DNA of 43,149 nucleotides from Flavobacteriales bacterium (lineage in GTDB: Bacteria > Bacteroidota > Bacteroidia > Flavobacteriales_F > PHOS-HE28). The DNA is taken from assembly GCA_044229215.1 (NCBI GenBank), contig JBGATL010000014.1, positions 1 to 43,149 on the forward strand, given 5' to 3'. A program made the translations under genes and the position numbers. Below, piece by piece: positions 9,205 to 18,861 of the stretch. Below the pieces are notes generated by a model that ran no database searches, was not told the DNA's origin, and was given only the letters and a program-made list of their open reading frames with translations. Each line of letters begins with the position of its first letter. Position 1 is the stretch's first letter.

Positions 9205-9659
9205 CGGATGAAACTCCAGGCCGTGCTGAGGACCACCGACCAAACGAGCACGGACAATAACAGGATGGGCAAGGTGCACCGCTCGTGGCGGAAGTACTTG
9301 GCCGCGAGCACCGCGGTGACGGGGATCGAAAGCGTGGGCGGTGCGAAGGCGGAAAGGCCGATGATGCCATAACGCTGTTTGATCCGGACGATGAGGCGGT
9401 TGGTACGAGTGAACACCCGTTTCCGTGGCAGGCCCTTCTGCTGGCGCGCTTCACTGCGGCGCAGGTAACGCAGTCGGAACCATTCCATCATCCCACGGCC
9501 CGCGAAATAGAACAGGCACATGCCCACACCGCCGCCGATCGCCATGTACAACAAGGTCTCCACGAAGCCGTGCCCCATGCCATAGGAGACCAGGCCGGCG
9601 AAGAGGAACTTCACCATGGCCGTGAAGATCACGGTCAGTGCAGCAAGGACGGCTTGCAT
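9201..9659 (-). CDS. Conserved membrane protein (DedA/small multidrug-export-like)
   Basis: Hydrophobic segments, KRVFTRTNRLIV..K.RYG..GL...P..LSIP; ATGA-coupled to yjjG. Confidence 0.75.
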   Translation of the reverse strand: MQAVLAALTVIFTAMVKFLFAGLVSYGMGHGFVETLLYMAIGGGVGMCLFYFAGRGMMEWFRLRYLRRSEARQQKGLPRKRVFTRTNRLIVRIKQRYGIIGLSAFAPPTLSIPVTAVLAAKYFRHERCTLPILLLSVLVWSVVLSTAWSFIR

Positions 9660-9661
9660 GA

Positions 9662-10312
9662 TCAGAGCTTGGCGCCGTAGGCCAGATCGCCCGCATCGCC
9701 GAGACCGGGGACGATATATGCTTGTGCGGTCATCTCATCGTCCACCGCACCGATCCAGAACCGTGTTCCGGCGGGCAGGTGTGCCTTCGCATATTCCAGG
9801 CCCTCGGCGCTCGCGATCACTGCGGCCACGTGCAGGGTCTTCGGTTTGCCCAATCGCAGTAGGGCCTTGTATACGAGCACCATGCTGCGGCCGGTGGCAA
9901 GCATGGGATCACAGAGTACCACCACCCGGTCCTCGAGCGAGGGGCTGCTGAGGTATTCCACTTCGATGTCGAAGGCATCCTCGCCCTTGCGGTGCTTCCG
10001 GTAGGCGCTCACGAACGCGCTGTCCGCACGGTCGAAGTAGTTCATGAACCCTTGGTGCAGGGCCAGGCCCGCCCGTAAGATGGTGGCCAGCACGGGTTGT
10101 TCGGCCATCAGTTCGGTGCGCGCCACGCCCAGTGGTGTGGTCACCTCCACTTCCTTGTACTCCAGTGTGCGGCTCAGCTCCAGCGCCATCACCTCCCCCA
10201 CACGCTCCAGGTTGCGCCGGAACCGCATCGGGTCCTTCTGCACGGCCTCATCCCGCAACTCCGCGATGAAGTGGTTCACCACGCTCCGTTCGTTCACCAG
10301 TTCCAACACCAT
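9662..10312 (-). CDS. upp: Uracil phosphoribosyltransferase
   Basis: ILRAGL, PRPP motif DPMLATG, YIVPGLGDAGDL. Confidence 0.97.
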   Translation of the reverse strand: MVLELVNERSVVNHFIAELRDEAVQKDPMRFRRNLERVGEVMALELSRTLEYKEVEVTTPLGVARTELMAEQPVLATILRAGLALHQGFMNYFDRADSAFVSAYRKHRKGEDAFDIEVEYLSSPSLEDRVVVLCDPMLATGRSMVLVYKALLRLGKPKTLHVAAVIASAEGLEYAKAHLPAGTRFWIGAVDDEMTAQAYIVPGLGDAGDLAYGAKL

Positions 10313-10319
10313 GCTCACC

Positions 10320-11225
10320 TTATCGCTTGAACCACCTGTAAGGGACCGGAAGTCGGTTCCGGACCAGGTGTAAATATAACCTTGACCGCGCTCCGAAGCC
10401 CTCGTTGAACCGGATCACCGACGGTGTGTTGGACCCGGCGAAGTCGAGCAGCAGGCCACTGCCCGCATGTTCCGCGATGAAATGATCGACGATCCGGAAC
10501 ATCGCCTTCCGCTCCTGTCCGGCCTCCGTATTGGCCGATTTCAAAAGGATCGCACGCCCTTCCCAGGAGATGAAACAGGCGGCCGCGAGGAGCTCCGCTC
10601 CCCTCCGCACGCCCAGAAGGGTGAGTTCGTCGCGCTCCTTCGCACCGGACAGGAGGTGACCCAACAGCTCGATGCCACCGACCGGTATGTTCCGGTAACG
10701 CCGCCCCGTGGTCCGCGCGAAAAGTGCGATGAACTCCGGGATGCCGACCCGATCGCTGACCTCCGGCTCATCCGCACCCGTCCGCAGGTTCCGTCGGTGC
10801 CCTTTGGAGTAAGCCGCGCGTAGAGCCTCCACATGGCTACGGAGGGATAGCTCCTGTGTGCTGTTGGTGGTGATGCGCAGGTCCTGCGATGGCATCAGTT
10901 GCATCCCCGTGTTCATATGGATGTCCCAGTATCGGAAACGTTCCGGTATGGCAGCGAGGAAGGCGGCATCGGTGGTGGCCGAACGCACCGGGCTGAAGAC
11001 CCCTTGGTACTGGATGGCATAAGGCTGGTAGAGATAGGCCATGCCATACTTCGACCGCCAGAGCAGCGGCATGATGGAACCATCGTCGCCGAGCAATGCC
11101 TCCCACTGCGGAGCACACCGATCGAGCACCCAGCTCTGCGCGTACCACACCCGATCGGGGCAGTGGAGCAGCATCCGATCCCATTCGGCCTTGTCGATCC
11201 CGCTATGTGGTAAGTGCCGGATCAT
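10320..11225 (-). CDS. GNAT/FemAB-like acyltransferase
   Basis: IDKAEWD, YLYQP, LLDFAGS...VIRFNEGFGA (acetyltransferase_6/FemAB-like C-terminus); ATGA-coupled to the upstream gene. Confidence 0.75.
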   Translation of the reverse strand: MIRHLPHSGIDKAEWDRMLLHCPDRVWYAQSWVLDRCAPQWEALLGDDGSIMPLLWRSKYGMAYLYQPYAIQYQGVFSPVRSATTDAAFLAAIPERFRYWDIHMNTGMQLMPSQDLRITTNSTQELSLRSHVEALRAAYSKGHRRNLRTGADEPEVSDRVGIPEFIALFARTTGRRYRNIPVGGIELLGHLLSGAKERDELTLLGVRRGAELLAAACFISWEGRAILLKSANTEAGQERKAMFRIVDHFIAEHAGSGLLLDFAGSNTPSVIRFNEGFGARSRLYLHLVRNRLPVPYRWFKR

Positions 11226-12505
11226 CGTGCTGCATGCGCCATTACTTGTTCGAACACCTCCGGCCAGGCCGCGAATTCCCGATGGCCGCTCAGGTAGCGG
11301 TCGTGCCACACGCTCACGAAATGGCCATGGACCCGACGCACCCGATCGTTCATCACCTGCATCGTGCGCACCACTTCCTCTGGACCAAGATGCTTCCGTT
11401 CGACCAGGGCACTGTCCATCACGGCGAAAGGGACCAGCATCAGCGCCGTTCCTCGCTCCTGCTCCAGATCGTACCACGGGAATGGTGTACACGTGCCCAC
11501 ACGGAAACCGACGCGGTCGGTGAAGCCCAGGCTGTGCTCTTCGGTCATGCCCGCGTCGATGGCCCAGCGCAAGGTCGTTGGCAGCCTCCAACGCAGGAAG
11601 TGCTGCCTACTCGCACGGACAGGTCGGCCTGCGATGTGCTCCAACGCATCCTTCTCCGCCCGCATGCGTACCTGATCGTCCCGTGTGATATAGGAGGGGT
11701 GAACCCCCACTTCCGCGCAGGCCGCCGCCCGCACGATCGCCTCCCGCGTTGCCGGGTGGTCCGCCGCTGCCGCATGGTCGTACGCTGTGCCTCCCCGCAT
11801 CAGGAAGAAGAGGATCGTACGGTCGATCATCCCACGATGCGCGTCCACCAGTTCGACCGACCGGAGGAAGGGATCGCCACGCCTTCCGGATCGTGTACCC
11901 CAGCGCTCGCGCAATGCCGACCACTCACCGCGGACAAGCTCCTTCACCGATGCGCCGATCGCCCGACCGAATGGCCGACCGGTGTACCGCAGGATGTTGT
12001 CCATGTCCACGGTGACCACGTTCATGTAGCCTCCTTTTCGCCGCGGAATACCTGGCCATCGCCGCTCCAGCTCATCGCCGAGTTCCATCGCCTTCTCCTC
12101 CACCCATGGCCGATCGGCGATACCGCTGCGCACCGTGAACAAGGCCTCCGCAGGGGTACGCCCATGCGCATCCAGCTCCCGGCACCGGATCTCATCCACC
12201 AGGCTCAGCAGGTGGAAGATCCCCGCGAACACATCCTCCTCCTCGTCCACATGGAAGAGCCCTGTTCGGTCGCCGACCCTCCGTACCGGAGGATCCCCGT
12301 TCGGTAGTGTATCGATCGCACCGCTCCAGGGCACGTGAAAAGCACCCGCCACCGGCTGCCTACCATAACTCAGTTTGGGGCCGGTGGCGCTTTGGAACCC
12401 GTCAAGATCGTCCACATACCGCACTTCCAGGCCCAGGATGCGTCCGAGCACATGCTGCACCACGTATCGGGCACGCGGGCCGGGGTGTTCAATGTGGACC
12501 AGCAT
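11222..12505 (-). CDS. Polysaccharide deacetylase (CE4-like) family protein
   Basis: TVDMD, EVGVHPSY, SRQHFLR, GFRVGTCTPF, MDSAL and VSVWH motifs. Confidence 0.82.
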   Translation of the reverse strand: MLVHIEHPGPRARYVVQHVLGRILGLEVRYVDDLDGFQSATGPKLSYGRQPVAGAFHVPWSGAIDTLPNGDPPVRRVGDRTGLFHVDEEEDVFAGIFHLLSLVDEIRCRELDAHGRTPAEALFTVRSGIADRPWVEEKAMELGDELERRWPGIPRRKGGYMNVVTVDMDNILRYTGRPFGRAIGASVKELVRGEWSALRERWGTRSGRRGDPFLRSVELVDAHRGMIDRTILFFLMRGGTAYDHAAAADHPATREAIVRAAACAEVGVHPSYITRDDQVRMRAEKDALEHIAGRPVRASRQHFLRWRLPTTLRWAIDAGMTEEHSLGFTDRVGFRVGTCTPFPWYDLEQERGTALMLVPFAVMDSALVERKHLGPEEVVRTMQVMNDRVRRVHGHFVSVWHDRYLSGHREFAAWPEVFEQVMAHAAR

Positions 12506-13346
12506 CGGCGTGGGCCAGTTGGATGGCAGGACGTGAAGGCCCCCGGGGCAATATGGTGCGCAAGGCGTCCCGAAGCCAGTTCCGCCAGGTGAAATGCACG
12601 ATGCTCCGCGCACCATTGTCGCGGATGTCCGCCACGATCACCGGATGGGCCTTGGCGATGTCCACCAACACCACGTTGCTCCCATCGATCTCCATGGAAC
12701 GGAGGGCACCCGCGGACTCGAGCAAGGGTCGCAGATCGCGCAGGCGGTTGGCATACCCCCAACGCTTCGCATACAACTTGAACGTAGTGGGCACATAGGC
12801 CCCCTCACGCCGATAGGCAATGGTATATGGCCGCCACTTCCGGTAGGGCACCTGCTCCAATTCCTCCACATGGTGGAAGTAGGAGAAGGCGTGGTCGAAA
12901 TCCAGGTCGATCCCCACCACGGTGAACGCCAGCTCGTGCATCAGCGCGAAGGGTGACCCCATCGAGAAGCTGCTCGGATCATCCAGTGCCATGAAGCGGT
13001 CCTGCGCATGGCCGGTGATGGCGAACGAATGCAGCGGATGAACCGTGCGCTTGAATCCTTCATGGAGGCATGCCTTGATCGCCAAGGTCCCGGTGATCGG
13101 ATCGGTGCGCTGCGGATCGTACCGTTCCCCATCCTGCAACTCATGGTCAAAGGCCGGAACAAGAATGGTGGCCTCCTCACCGAGCCCGATGCGGAAGGCA
13201 TCCAGTAACATCCCCGGGACCTTTGAGGCATCCGAACGGCGATGGCGCCAAGCAAGACGGGTGATGTCCACCGCGAGCACCACGTTCTGCCCGGGCCGCA
13301 GACCGATCCGGCCCGGCCATTCGGACAGGGGTAATGGGATGCTCAC
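12489..13346 (-). CDS. AAC(3)/Antibiotic_NAT-family acyltransferase
   Basis: TILVPAF, RTVHPLHSFAITG, SSF..GSPF, SYFHHVEE and VPYR motifs; GTG start overlaps the upstream stop. Confidence 0.85.
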   Translation of the reverse strand: MSIPLPLSEWPGRIGLRPGQNVVLAVDITRLAWRHRRSDASKVPGMLLDAFRIGLGEEATILVPAFDHELQDGERYDPQRTDPITGTLAIKACLHEGFKRTVHPLHSFAITGHAQDRFMALDDPSSFSMGSPFALMHELAFTVVGIDLDFDHAFSYFHHVEELEQVPYRKWRPYTIAYRREGAYVPTTFKLYAKRWGYANRLRDLRPLLESAGALRSMEIDGSNVVLVDIAKAHPVIVADIRDNGARSIVHFTWRNWLRDALRTILPRGPSRPAIQLAHADAGPH

Positions 13347-13822
13347 AACGTCACACGGAAATGGAGCCATTCCACGGCATATCCGTAGGACTGGACAAAA
13401 GGGATCGAACTCGGATGATCACGCACCACCTGGGTCTCCACGCTGCTCACCCCTTGCTCGCGGAACCAGGCATGCATCATGTCCGACATGGCACGGGACA
13501 CACCTCCCCTCCGATGGGCCGCGTTAACGTACAGGTGTGTCCAATGGCCAACGCGCGCACCGCCCAGGTATTCGGGGGCGAGTTTGAGCGAGCCACAGGT
13601 GAAGCCGATCACCTCCTCGCCGTGCATCGCGATCACCATCCGGTTGAACCGCTCCAGGCCGGCTTTCACCCCCTTCATCCAGAGCCGGGCACCATCGGGG
13701 GGGAGTTGCTGCATCATCCCGTGCCGGTGCATCACGGCGTGCAGGTCTTCGAACATGGGCAGGATCCTTTCCAGCCGGACATCGGCAGGATCGGTGATGG
13801 CGGTGACCGTGATGTCGTTCAT
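13343..13822 (-). CDS. GNAT-family N-acyltransferase
   Basis: LYVNAAHRRGGVSRAM (motif A) and FVQSYGY. Confidence 0.85.
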   Translation of the reverse strand: MNDITVTAITDPADVRLERILPMFEDLHAVMHRHGMMQQLPPDGARLWMKGVKAGLERFNRMVIAMHGEEVIGFTCGSLKLAPEYLGGARVGHWTHLYVNAAHRRGGVSRAMSDMMHAWFREQGVSSVETQVVRDHPSSIPFVQSYGYAVEWLHFRVTL

Positions 13823-14073
13823 GACCGCAGGAAAAGTTCAAGTACACCATCGAAGGTCGTGGCTCCAGGTGCGTCGAAGGCCGTGGCCAGGTCCACTTCA
13901 CGACCGACCACCTGTTCCAGTTCGGTGATGAGGTCCACGAACCCCAACGAATCCAAGAGGCCGCTGCGCACCAGGTCCAGGCTGCCACCCACCTCTTCCG
14001 CCCGCAGGCCGAGCCTTTCCGCCCGATGGATCAATCGTTCGCGCAGTTGCTGTGCCAATTCGGTCCTATCCAT
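13819..14073 (-). CDS. Acyl/aminoacyl carrier protein (DltC-like)
   Basis: 84 aa, acidic, with the GLLDSLGFVDLITELE phosphopantetheine site. Confidence 0.9.
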   Translation of the reverse strand: MDRTELAQQLRERLIHRAERLGLRAEEVGGSLDLVRSGLLDSLGFVDLITELEQVVGREVDLATAFDAPGATTFDGVLELFLRS

Positions 14074-15481
14074 GCTCCACCTGTTCTAACAATGCCCTGC
14101 GATCCAACTTCCCATGCGCCGTCATCGGCATCCGGTCCACCTGGAGGATCCGTTCGGGAAGCATGTACGATGGCAGGACCCTGCGAAGTTCGTTCATGAG
14201 CGCCGGTTGGTCCACCACACCCTGAACGAAGGTGTACAGGCGTACCGCCCCCCCTTCCTCGCGCGGCAGGGTGATGACCGGGGTTCCGCCAAGCAACGGT
14301 GCAAGTGCGGCATCCACCTCGGCCGGTTCCACGCGGTGGCCCATGATCTTCAACTGATCATCGGTACGCCCAAGGAAGTGCAGGACGTCTTGATCATCCA
14401 TCCGCACCCGATCGCCTGTGCGGTACCACCTCACTCCCTGCTCCACCCTGAAGGCACGGTCCGTTGCTTCCTGATCCCCTACGTAGCCCCGTGCCAGTTG
14501 GGGTCCGCATAGCTCCAATTCCTCCCCGGCGATCCGCCCGTCGGTGGAGCGGAAGGTGCGGCCGATCGGCACCACTCCTTCCTGGCCAAGGGATCCGCGG
14601 TCGGCTTCGTACGCCGCGATCGCGATGGTGGCCTCGGTGGGGCCATAGAGGTTGATGAGCCGGGCCTTTGGCGCAGCGGTGGTGAAAGCCCGCAGGACCG
14701 ACCAGGTGAGCGATTCACCACAGAACAGGGCGATGCGCACATCGGGCAAGGCTCCTTCATTCAGCGTGCGCAACCGTTGTTGTAGCACGACCAAGGATGG
14801 TACCGAGAACCAGACGGTGATGCCTGCTTCGCGCGCATAAGAGGCCGCACGCATCAACTCACTGGGCGTGGGTACGCACAAGCAGCCACCCACGGCCCAG
14901 CACACGAAGAGGTCGTGTACGCTCAGGTCGAAGGTGAGCGCGAAGAACTGGCTGAACCGATCCGTTGAGTGGAACTCGTTCACCGCCAATTGGTGCTCCA
15001 GGTAGGCCGCTACATTGGCGCGACCGACGCTCACGCCCTTCGGACCGCCGGTGCTGCCGCTGGTGAAGAGCACGTATGCTTCCCCATTCGTGGGCATGTC
15101 GGGCGGTGCGTGCGTTCCCTGTTCACCACCGTCGATGCCATCAAGGTCGTCCACCTGCTCACGACCCACCAACGCCCGCACTCCTGCACGCTGAAGCATG
15201 GTGGTCCAGCGCGTGGTAGGCCCATCCGGCGGCAATGGCACGTACGCCGATCCCGCTTTCATGATCCCGAGGATCGCCGCGTAGGAAGGGGCCTCTTTCC
15301 GTGCCACGAAAGCGATGCGTTCGCCCGCATGGCCCTGCCCGATGACCCGATGTGCGATGGCGTTGCTCCACGCATCAAGCTCCTGGTAGGTGATGGTGCG
15401 ACCTTCCACCTGCAAGGCCGCTCGCAAGGGCCATTGCTTGGCGGACTGCCGGAAGAGGTGGATCGGATCGGTCACGTTCAC
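14066..15481 (-). CDS. Stand-alone amino-acid adenylation enzyme (DltA-like)
   Basis: YVLFTSGSTGGPKGV, FDLSVHDLF, LFCGE, NLYGPTEAT, YRTGD and GKLDRR motifs. Confidence 0.9.
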   Translation of the reverse strand: MNVTDPIHLFRQSAKQWPLRAALQVEGRTITYQELDAWSNAIAHRVIGQGHAGERIAFVARKEAPSYAAILGIMKAGSAYVPLPPDGPTTRWTTMLQRAGVRALVGREQVDDLDGIDGGEQGTHAPPDMPTNGEAYVLFTSGSTGGPKGVSVGRANVAAYLEHQLAVNEFHSTDRFSQFFALTFDLSVHDLFVCWAVGGCLCVPTPSELMRAASYAREAGITVWFSVPSLVVLQQRLRTLNEGALPDVRIALFCGESLTWSVLRAFTTAAPKARLINLYGPTEATIAIAAYEADRGSLGQEGVVPIGRTFRSTDGRIAGEELELCGPQLARGYVGDQEATDRAFRVEQGVRWYRTGDRVRMDDQDVLHFLGRTDDQLKIMGHRVEPAEVDAALAPLLGGTPVITLPREEGGAVRLYTFVQGVVDQPALMNELRRVLPSYMLPERILQVDRMPMTAHGKLDRRALLEQVEHG

Positions 15482-16607
15482 CGGGCGCTGGTACCGCCCT
15501 GGGCACAAAGCAACGCGTCCACGAAGTATTTCGTGCCCCAGTTCGGGAAAGCGAACTTCTCATAACGCCCCCAAAGCGGGAATGAACCCGGCAGGGCGCC
15601 TACGGCATCGGGGGGGCCTTGCTTTCCAAGCGCCTGGATCGATACCAGTTGGTCGATCAGCCGGGCAGCGGCTTCCCGGTATTGCGACGAGCCTGTCAGT
15701 TGGGCGGCATGGGACCACACGATCACCATTTGGGCGCATCCGGTCATGATCGCATGTTCGCTTCCCCGCCAGCGCGCATCATAGCGCCCATACAGGACAC
15801 CATCCTTCAGGTATCGCTCAGCCAGCGGCTCCGCCGCCTTCAAGGCCGCCTTCGCCCAGCGCTCATCACCGGTGGTCCTCGTACACTCCAGAAGACCGTC
15901 CATGGTGTAGGCCAGCGTGTGTGTGATCGGCCGGTCGTTGTGCCGTAAGGTGTTGTCCGCGTTGGCGAACCAACCATTCTCCGCCTGCTGCCCAAGGACC
16001 CACTCCAGGTTCCTCCATGCCGCCGAACGGAAGTGCTCTTCACCGGTGATCGAATGCACTTGGAGCAAGGGCGCATCCACATACGTATCGTACACCCGTG
16101 CCACACCCATGAAGTTCGATCCACGCCAAGCACCATCGGCATCCTGTACCGCGATCATCCAACGACAGGCACGCACGGCGGCTTCCAGATAGGGTGTCGC
16201 GCGGGTGCGTTCGTGGACCGCCAATAGGCCACGTACCACCTGTGCCGTGTTGAAGACCACGCTCTGCCGATCCTCGCCGATGCGACCACCTTGCCAGCCA
16301 CCATCCGGACGCTGGATACCAAGCAGCCACGCGGCCGCTTTGAAGGCGGCATCGTGCAGGTCCGCACGCCCCAGGCGATCACCCGCGCTCAACAACGTAG
16401 GGATCGCATATCCGGTGGTCTCCGGATACGAGGCGCCCCAGCCTTCGGTAAGATGGTAGCTGCGCCTGTGGCATCCTCCAGGGCAAGCCGATGGTCTCCA
16501 GCACCATGCTTCAACCCGTCGGTGTGCGACACGATAAGCGCACGTGTTCGCGCATCGGTCATGGCCAACGCCACCTGGCGCGCGTAGGAGAGTGCCGATC
16601 GGATCAT
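15478..16607 (-). pseudogene. Prenyltransferase/squalene-oxidase-repeat (alpha/alpha toroid) protein with an apparent frameshift or deletion near 16465
   Basis: The ATGA-coupled start at 16607 reads MIRSALSY...HRLALEDAT and then leaves frame. The conserved body (SYPETTGY, WLLGIQRPDGGW, FNTAQV, QDADGAW, HTLAY, NWGTKYFVDAL) is in another frame. Confidence 0.7.
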
Positions 16608-17728
16608 GCGCCATCCAATAATGCGTGGCAGATGTGCTCCGCCGCATGTCCATCCCCGAAAGCGGTGGGTCGCACGGACCCTTGTGCCGCGAGTGCCGTT
16701 AAAGCACCTTCCACGATCCGTTCGCGATCGGTCCCCACCAGGGTGGAACCACCTGATCCGAGTAGTTCGAGCCATTCCGTTCGGTCCCGAAGGATCACAC
16801 AACGCTTGCCCAGGAAGCAGGCCTCTTTCTGCAGGCCACCGCTGTCGGTGAGCACGATACGTGCCGCATCAACCAGGCACAGCATGTCCGGATATCCCAC
16901 CGGATCGATGAGCCGGACACCAGGTCGGTCCGCGCACGGCTCGCCGAGGGTCTTCCGTGTACGCGGATGCAATGGCACGATCACCTGCATACCGGTGCGG
17001 TGGTACAATTCCCCGAAGGCATCAAGGATCCCCATCAAGGTCGGTCGGTCATCCACCGTGCCGGCGCGGTGCATGGTGGCCACGGCGAAGGTGGTGTGCC
17101 GTAGATCGAGGTGATCGAGCAGGGGGCGCGCACGGGCCATTTCCGTGAAGTGGATCGTATTGTCCAGCATCACATCACCCGTGTTCGAGACGTGGGGTTC
17201 CCGTATGCCGGGGGAGTTTCCTGCCGTGTTGGTGATCCCCTCCCTGCCCAGTTGGGCCACCGCGCTCGCGGTCGGGCAAAAGAGCCAGGTGCTCACATGA
17301 TCAGTGAGTACACGGTTCTCTTCTTCGGGCATGGTGTTGTCGAAAGACCTCAACCCCGCCTCCACATGGGCCAAGGGGATCCCGGTGCGGCAGGCGGCCA
17401 TGGCCCCGGCCAACGTGCTGGTGGTATCGCCATATACCAGGACCACATCCGGCCTGCTGCGTGTGATGATCGCCTCGACCCCTGCCATCATCCTTCCGAA
17501 ACGCGAGGCATCGCTCCCATCGCCCAGCAACCGGTGGTGCGGACCGTGGGATCCGAGCTCACCGAAGAAGACCTCGCTCATGGCGGGGTCCGCATGCTGT
17601 CCGGTGTGTACCAGGGTCTGGTGGATGCGGCCGGCGAATGGGCCGTCGATCGCGCGTGTGATCGCTGCTGCCTTGATGAATTGGGGCCTTGCGCCCACCA
17701 CCGTCAATATCCGCAGAGGGCGGGCCAT
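16604..17728 (-). CDS. wecB: UDP-N-acetylglucosamine 2-epimerase (non-hydrolysing)
   Basis: VGARPQFIK, HTGQH, YGDT, HVEAGLRS, PEEENR, TDSGGLQKEA. Confidence 0.95.
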   Translation of the reverse strand: MARPLRILTVVGARPQFIKAAAITRAIDGPFAGRIHQTLVHTGQHADPAMSEVFFGELGSHGPHHRLLGDGSDASRFGRMMAGVEAIITRSRPDVVLVYGDTTSTLAGAMAACRTGIPLAHVEAGLRSFDNTMPEEENRVLTDHVSTWLFCPTASAVAQLGREGITNTAGNSPGIREPHVSNTGDVMLDNTIHFTEMARARPLLDHLDLRHTTFAVATMHRAGTVDDRPTLMGILDAFGELYHRTGMQVIVPLHPRTRKTLGEPCADRPGVRLIDPVGYPDMLCLVDAARIVLTDSGGLQKEACFLGKRCVILRDRTEWLELLGSGGSTLVGTDRERIVEGALTALAAQGSVRPTAFGDGHAAEHICHALLDGA

Positions 17729-17731
17729 CGT

Positions 17732-18433
17732 TCAGGTGAGCTGCCCATTATCGGCGAAGCTGAAATACCCCGCATTGGTCACGATCAAATGGTCCTGCAC
17801 ATGGATCTCCAGGAAGCGCCCCCCCTCGACCAATTTCCGGGTGAGCTGGATGTCCTCCGCGCTCGGCCGCAGTTGGCCACTGGGATGGTTATGGCAAAGG
17901 ATCACGCTACTGGCCCGTTGATCCAGCGCTTCGCGGAAGATCAGCTTGGGGTCGGCCACGGTCCCGTGCATGCCGCCCTGGCTCACCTTCACCCGGTTCA
18001 TCAACCGATTACCACGGTCCAATAACAAGAGCCAGAATTCCTCGTAGGGCAGATCGCCCAGGACGGGTTGCAACAGTTCGAAGGCCGCACGGCTGTCCGC
18101 GATGAGCGGGCGCTGTGCCACGGCCAGGTCCCGCCGGCGCTGGCCCAGCTCCAAGGCGGCCACGATGCTCATGGCCTTCGCCTCGCCCACGCCGTGTATG
18201 CGCATGAGCTCGCTCACGCCCAGGGCCGCCAGTTTATGCAGGTCGTTCCCGGCTTTGTTCAGGATGATCCTGGCAAGGTCGAGCGCGCTATCGGTCGGGG
18301 TGCCGCTGCGGATGAGGATGGCCACCAGCTCGGCATCGCTCAGCGCCTTCGCACCACGGGCCAGCAGCCGTTCGCGCGGGCGGTCCTCCTTGGACCATTC
18401 CGGTATGCTCAGTTTGCCCTCTGCCGGCTTCAT
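17732..18433 (-). CDS. radC: RadC/JAB-domain protein
   Basis: DRPRERL, LSDAEL, HhH region, HNHPSG and DHLI. Confidence 0.95.
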   Translation of the reverse strand: MKPAEGKLSIPEWSKEDRPRERLLARGAKALSDAELVAILIRSGTPTDSALDLARIILNKAGNDLHKLAALGVSELMRIHGVGEAKAMSIVAALELGQRRRDLAVAQRPLIADSRAAFELLQPVLGDLPYEEFWLLLLDRGNRLMNRVKVSQGGMHGTVADPKLIFREALDQRASSVILCHNHPSGQLRPSAEDIQLTRKLVEGGRFLEIHVQDHLIVTNAGYFSFADNGQLT

Positions 18434-18504
18434 ACTACCCACTTGAACGCGAACAGGCCCTCGAATGGAGGACCTGCCCAAGGTAAGGTGTGCGTTGCGA
18501 CCGC

Positions 18505-18759
18505 TTATTTCAACGCGTTCACGTGGCGGCTCACGGACGACTTCAGGTTCGCTGCCTTGTTCTTGTGGATCTGTTTGGTCTTGGCCAGCTTGTCCAGCAT
18601 CGCGTTCACTTCGGGCAGCAGTTCCGCAGCCTCCTTCTTGTCGGTGAGGCCACGGAGCTTGCGCACGGCATTGCGCGTGGTCTTGCTCTGGTAGCGGTTG
18701 CGTTCGTTGCGGGTCTCGGTCTGACGGACACGCTTGAGTGCGGACTTGTGATTGGCCAT
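18505..18759 (-). CDS. rpsT: 30S ribosomal protein S20
   Basis: [13 protein letters not shown]...[11 protein letters not shown]; TATATTTG box at 18790-18797. Confidence 0.97.
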   Translation of the reverse strand: MANHKSALKRVRQTETRNERNRYQSKTTRNAVRKLRGLTDKKEAAELLPEVNAMLDKLAKTKQIHKNKAANLKSSVSRHVNALK

Positions 18760-18861
18760 GACTTCTATGCCTTTCCCGGAAAGGGAGCGCAAATATAGTG
18801 GTTCTTTGGATCCATCGCCCCCCTGGCCGCAGAATTCGCTCCAAGGCCCCCGGAATGCCCG

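Noticed and set aside
12489-13346. AAC(3) as an aminoglycoside-resistance gene
   Set aside because: It is embedded and translationally coupled in a carrier-protein/glycan operon with no mobile context; family membership alone does not show resistance.
13819-15481. NRPS secondary-metabolite cluster
   Set aside because: No condensation or thioesterase domains; a stand-alone DltA/DltC-like pair among sugar genes.
17732-18433. radC as a marker of a mobile element
   Set aside because: Full-length chromosomal type with the N-terminal HhH region, next to rpsT.
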